From an uncultured delta proteobacterium (lineage in GTDB: Bacteria > Desulfobacterota > Binatia > JACPRU01): 64,000 nt of DNA. Location of the stretch: contig CAVUWD010000014.1 of assembly GCA_963745025.1 (NCBI GenBank), forward strand, positions 96,001 through 160,000, written 5' to 3'. The notes beneath the pieces were generated by a model. It saw only the letters and a program-made list of their open reading frames with translations. It made no database searches and was not told where the DNA came from. The translations under genes were made by a program, and so were the position numbers. Below are positions 60,871 through 64,000 of this stretch, in pieces (the first letter of the stretch is position 1; every line of letters starts with the position of its first letter).

Positions 60871-62844
60871 TTATGCCTTCAGCTCCCTTACCAGAACACG
60901 AACGAGCTCGGCCACGCTCCACGCCTGTGCGACGCAGCCCGCGGGCGGGTGCGGCGGGTCGCCATCGAAGATCTCGGCCAGCTGCCCGACGCCCTCGCTC
61001 GACAGGTGACGAAGCAACGGCTCGACGAGGCTCCGCGCGTGCTGTCGGGCCATCACCGTGCGCCCGTGGACCTTCAAGTACGCGCTCACGTAGGGACCGA
61101 TCAGCCACGGCCAGACGGTGCCTTGGTGATACGCGCTGTCGCGCACACGCGGGTCGCCGCCGTAGTGGCCGACGTAGCGGTGATCCCGTGGTGAGAGCGT
61201 GCGCAAGCCGAACGGGGTGAGGAGCTCGCGCTCGACGAGCGCCACGACGGCTCGCGCCTTCGCATGGTCGACGAGTGGCGTGCGCGGTAACGCGAGCGCG
61301 AAGATCTGATTCGGCCGCAGCGTGGGGTCGTCGCGTCCGTCTGGGCAATCGACCACGTCGTAGAGGTATCCGCCGTCGGCATACCAGAACCGTCGTGCGA
61401 ACGACTCGCGCGCGGCGCGCGCCAGCTCGACGCACTCCGCTACGGGGGCATCGTCGCCGAGCTTACGCGCGAGGGCGGCGGCCGTCTCGAGCGCATCGAT
61501 CCACAGCGCCTGCACCTCGACCGGCTTACCCGCGCGTGGCGTGACCGCCCAATCGCCCACGCGGGCGTCCATCCAGGTGAGCTGGGTCGTCGGGTCTCCC
61601 GCGCGAAGGAGACCGTCGGTATCGACACGGATGCCATAGCGAGTCCCGCCGCGGTGCTGGCGCACCACCTCGAGCAGCGCCGGCAGCAACACGGCCTTCG
61701 CCGTCTCGAGGTCGCCCGTGGCGTCGACGTAGTCGCCGCATGCGCGCACGAACCAGAGCGTGCCGTCGACGTTGTTGTACTCGGGGCTCTGTCCCCCATC
61801 GGGAAAGAGGTTCGGAATCATGCCGCGGTCGAGCGCGCGAGCGAAGGTGGACAGGATGTCGCGCGCCTCGGAGAAGCGTCCGGTCGCGAGGCAGAGGCCC
61901 GGCAGCGAGACCATCGTGTCGCGGCCCCAGTCCGTGAACCACGGATATCCGGCGACGATGGTCCGCCCACCCCCGGCGCGCTCGACCACGTAGGCGTCGG
62001 CGGCGAGAGCCAGCTGCGGATCGAGTTCGGGCGCGTGCCGGCGCGCGGCCGCGACGACCTCTCGCCGCCGCTCGAGCTCCGCCCGCTCGAGGCTCCGGGC
62101 GTCGGGCCTGACGGCGCGGTCGAGTGAGGCGGCGACGAAGACCGAAGCGCCCGTGGAGAGCTCGAAGCGCAGCGCAAACGGGCTGAAGAGATCCTCCTCG
62201 AAGTCGAGCCCGCGCTCCGCCTCGCGCGGGTACTGGTTGCGCATCCACCAGTCGCCATAAGGAAGGACCTCGCGCGCGTCGTGATGAAAATGAAGCGTGG
62301 GCAGGTCTGCGTAGGGCCGGATCGAGACCGTTCCGTTCTTCCGCTCCATGCGTCGGTCCAAGGCATCGTTGCGGTGCGTGAGCGAGTGATAGTCGCGAAA
62401 GGCGATGAATGGACGGACCTGGAGGAAGCAGCCCGGCCCCGCAAACAGCGTGTAGCGGATCACCACCGTGTCTTCGCCCCCGACGAGGAAGACGGCCTTG
62501 TCTAACCCGCGCTCGCCCACCCAGTAGGTGAAGATCGGGAACGGATCGAGGCGGAACGAGCTGAGAAATTGGTTGCCGCGCGGATGCACGACGCCGGGGT
62601 AGAAATTGCAGGCGAGCTCGACCGCCTTGCCCTCGGGCTCGATCGTCTCTTCCACGCGCGAAAGCAAGACGTGGCGGCGAACCGGCGGAGACAGCGCCGC
62701 CGTGAGCATGCCGTGATAGCGCCGCGTGTTCGCGCCGATCACGCTCGAGGACGCGAACCCGCCCTTGCCGTTGGTCTCCAGCCACTCGAGCCGGCCGGCG
62801 CGCTCGGCGTCCGACAGCAGGCCGCTATCGAACTCGATCGGCAT
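60871..62844 (-). CDS. Amylo-alpha-1,6-glucosidase (archaeal-type glycogen debranching enzyme)
   Basis: EWLETNG.GG, TRRYHG, AGYPWF.DWGRD, LTWMDA, LRPNQ, YHQGTVWPW, QAWSVAE. Confidence 0.92.
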   Translation of the reverse strand: MPIEFDSGLLSDAERAGRLEWLETNGKGGFASSSVIGANTRRYHGMLTAALSPPVRRHVLLSRVEETIEPEGKAVELACNFYPGVVHPRGNQFLSSFRLDPFPIFTYWVGERGLDKAVFLVGGEDTVVIRYTLFAGPGCFLQVRPFIAFRDYHSLTHRNDALDRRMERKNGTVSIRPYADLPTLHFHHDAREVLPYGDWWMRNQYPREAERGLDFEEDLFSPFALRFELSTGASVFVAASLDRAVRPDARSLERAELERRREVVAAARRHAPELDPQLALAADAYVVERAGGGRTIVAGYPWFTDWGRDTMVSLPGLCLATGRFSEARDILSTFARALDRGMIPNLFPDGGQSPEYNNVDGTLWFVRACGDYVDATGDLETAKAVLLPALLEVVRQHRGGTRYGIRVDTDGLLRAGDPTTQLTWMDARVGDWAVTPRAGKPVEVQALWIDALETAAALARKLGDDAPVAECVELARAARESFARRFWYADGGYLYDVVDCPDGRDDPTLRPNQIFALALPRTPLVDHAKARAVVALVERELLTPFGLRTLSPRDHRYVGHYGGDPRVRDSAYHQGTVWPWLIGPYVSAYLKVHGRTVMARQHARSLVEPLLRHLSSEGVGQLAEIFDGDPPHPPAGCVAQAWSVAELVRVLVRELKA

Positions 62845-62987
62845 CGTCAGCGGCTTCCCCCCACCACTTCGACAGGCGAGGCTCGGAAGGTATCGCCTTC
62901 CGCGCTCCGCGCGGTTGCGGCTGGTTGCGGTAGACCCGAGTACGGCTCGACCGCAGCCAGCCGCGTTCTCCATCATATCGGAGCGTT

Positions 62988-64000
62988 CTAATCGAGACTG
63001 AGGCCGAGCTCACGAGCGTCGTTTCCGCCTCGCCGCGCCGGAGCGCGCGCGCGCGGTCGTCTTTGGCTCGGCGAGACGGAGCCTTGCGCATCGACTTCGT
63101 GCGGCGCGACTTCGTCTTCACCGCGCTCTTGCGCGGCTTCTTCGCGGCGCTCCCCTTCTTGCGGCGGGCGCACCGCCTTCTTTCGCGGCGGCCTGCGCCG
63201 CGGCTTCGCCCGCGCCGGCCGCCTCGCCGCGAGGGCCTCCTGCCGGCGCTTCTCGACGGTGACGATCAGCGAGTCGAACGATTTCGTGAAGGAGGCCACA
63301 CCGTCAATCTCGAGCTTCCTGGTGACCTCGTCCATGTGAATCCCGGCCTCGGCCAGCTGGTCCATCGCGCGGCGAGCCTCGTCCAGGTTCTTGTCGATGC
63401 GGACCTCGGGATTGCCGTGATCCTTGTACGCGGCGAGCGTCGCCGGCGGCATCGTGTCCACGGTATCGGGGCCGACGAGCGCTTCGACATAGTAGGTATC
63501 AGGATACGCCGGGTTTTTCGTCGAGGTGCTGGCCCAGAGCGGCCGCTGCAGTCGCGCGCCGTGGTTCCTGAGCCCGGCGTACGCCTCGGTCGAGAACTTC
63601 TTACGAAACTCGGCGTACGCGAGCTTGGCGTTGGCGATCGCCGCCTTGCCCTTGAGGCTCGCGAGAAGCTCCTTCCGCTCCGCCCCCGCGGCGATCTTCT
63701 CGTCGAGCAGCTTGTCGACCAGCGTGTCGACGCGGCTCACGAAGAAACTCGCGACCGACGAGACGCGATCGATCTTCTGGCCCGCCTCGAGCCGGCGAAT
63801 GAGCCCGCGCAGATACGCGTCCATGACCTCTTCGTAGCGCTTGAGCGAGAAGATCAGCGTGACGTTGATGCTCAGGCCGTCGGCGATCGACTGCTCGATC
63901 GCCGGGACGCCCGGGGCGGTCGCAGGAATCTTGACCATCAAGTTCGGCCGATTGACGGTGCTCCACAATCGCCGCGCTTCTCGAATCGTCGCCTGCGTTT
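62988..64000 (-). CDS. tal: Transaldolase (large type), 5'-truncated by the window, with a basic C-terminal tail
   Basis: [37 protein letters not shown]. Confidence 0.93.
   Translation of the reverse strand, partial: TQATIREARRLWSTVNRPNLMVKIPATAPGVPAIEQSIADGLSINVTLIFSLKRYEEVMDAYLRGLIRRLEAGQKIDRVSSVASFFVSRVDTLVDKLLDEKIAAGAERKELLASLKGKAAIANAKLAYAEFRKKFSTEAYAGLRNHGARLQRPLWASTSTKNPAYPDTYYVEALVGPDTVDTMPPATLAAYKDHGNPEVRIDKNLDEARRAMDQLAEAGIHMDEVTRKLEIDGVASFTKSFDSLIVTVEKRRQEALAARRPARAKPRRRPPRKKAVRPPQEGERREEAAQERGEDEVAPHEVDAQGSVSPSQRRPRARAPARRGGNDARELGLSLD

Overview
GC-rich bacterial chromosome segment. The xerC-hslV-hslU-argBDFG and mreBCD-mrdA-rodA gene order suggests a Deltaproteobacteria/Binatota-like organism (inference). 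It holds about 55 mostly housekeeping or lipid/sugar-metabolism genes. Many conserved genes carry single-base frameshifts that look like assembly errors. I saw no rRNA, tRNA, CRISPR array, prophage or transposase. Main signals: (1) Three genes are split by the ORF track at in-frame TGA codons that sit exactly at catalytic Cys positions and are followed by SECIS-like hairpins. They are a Sec-peroxiredoxin (TPVU) directly upstream of a PrdB/GrdB-like selenoprotein (UGLC) with no prdA/grd partners in view, and a UGSC selenoprotein coupled to a CxxC partner at the end of a tal-glycogen-debranching gene run. (2) A 63-bp hairpin element without terminal inverted repeats is inserted with a CTAG duplication into a gene, and has a second copy 26 kb away. 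(3) A ~290-bp foldback lies between hslU and argB, and a 31-bp inverted repeat lies before zwf. (4) Several tiny deletion-scar mini-genes keep their start, stop and translational coupling (SMP-30, pgl, qor and others).
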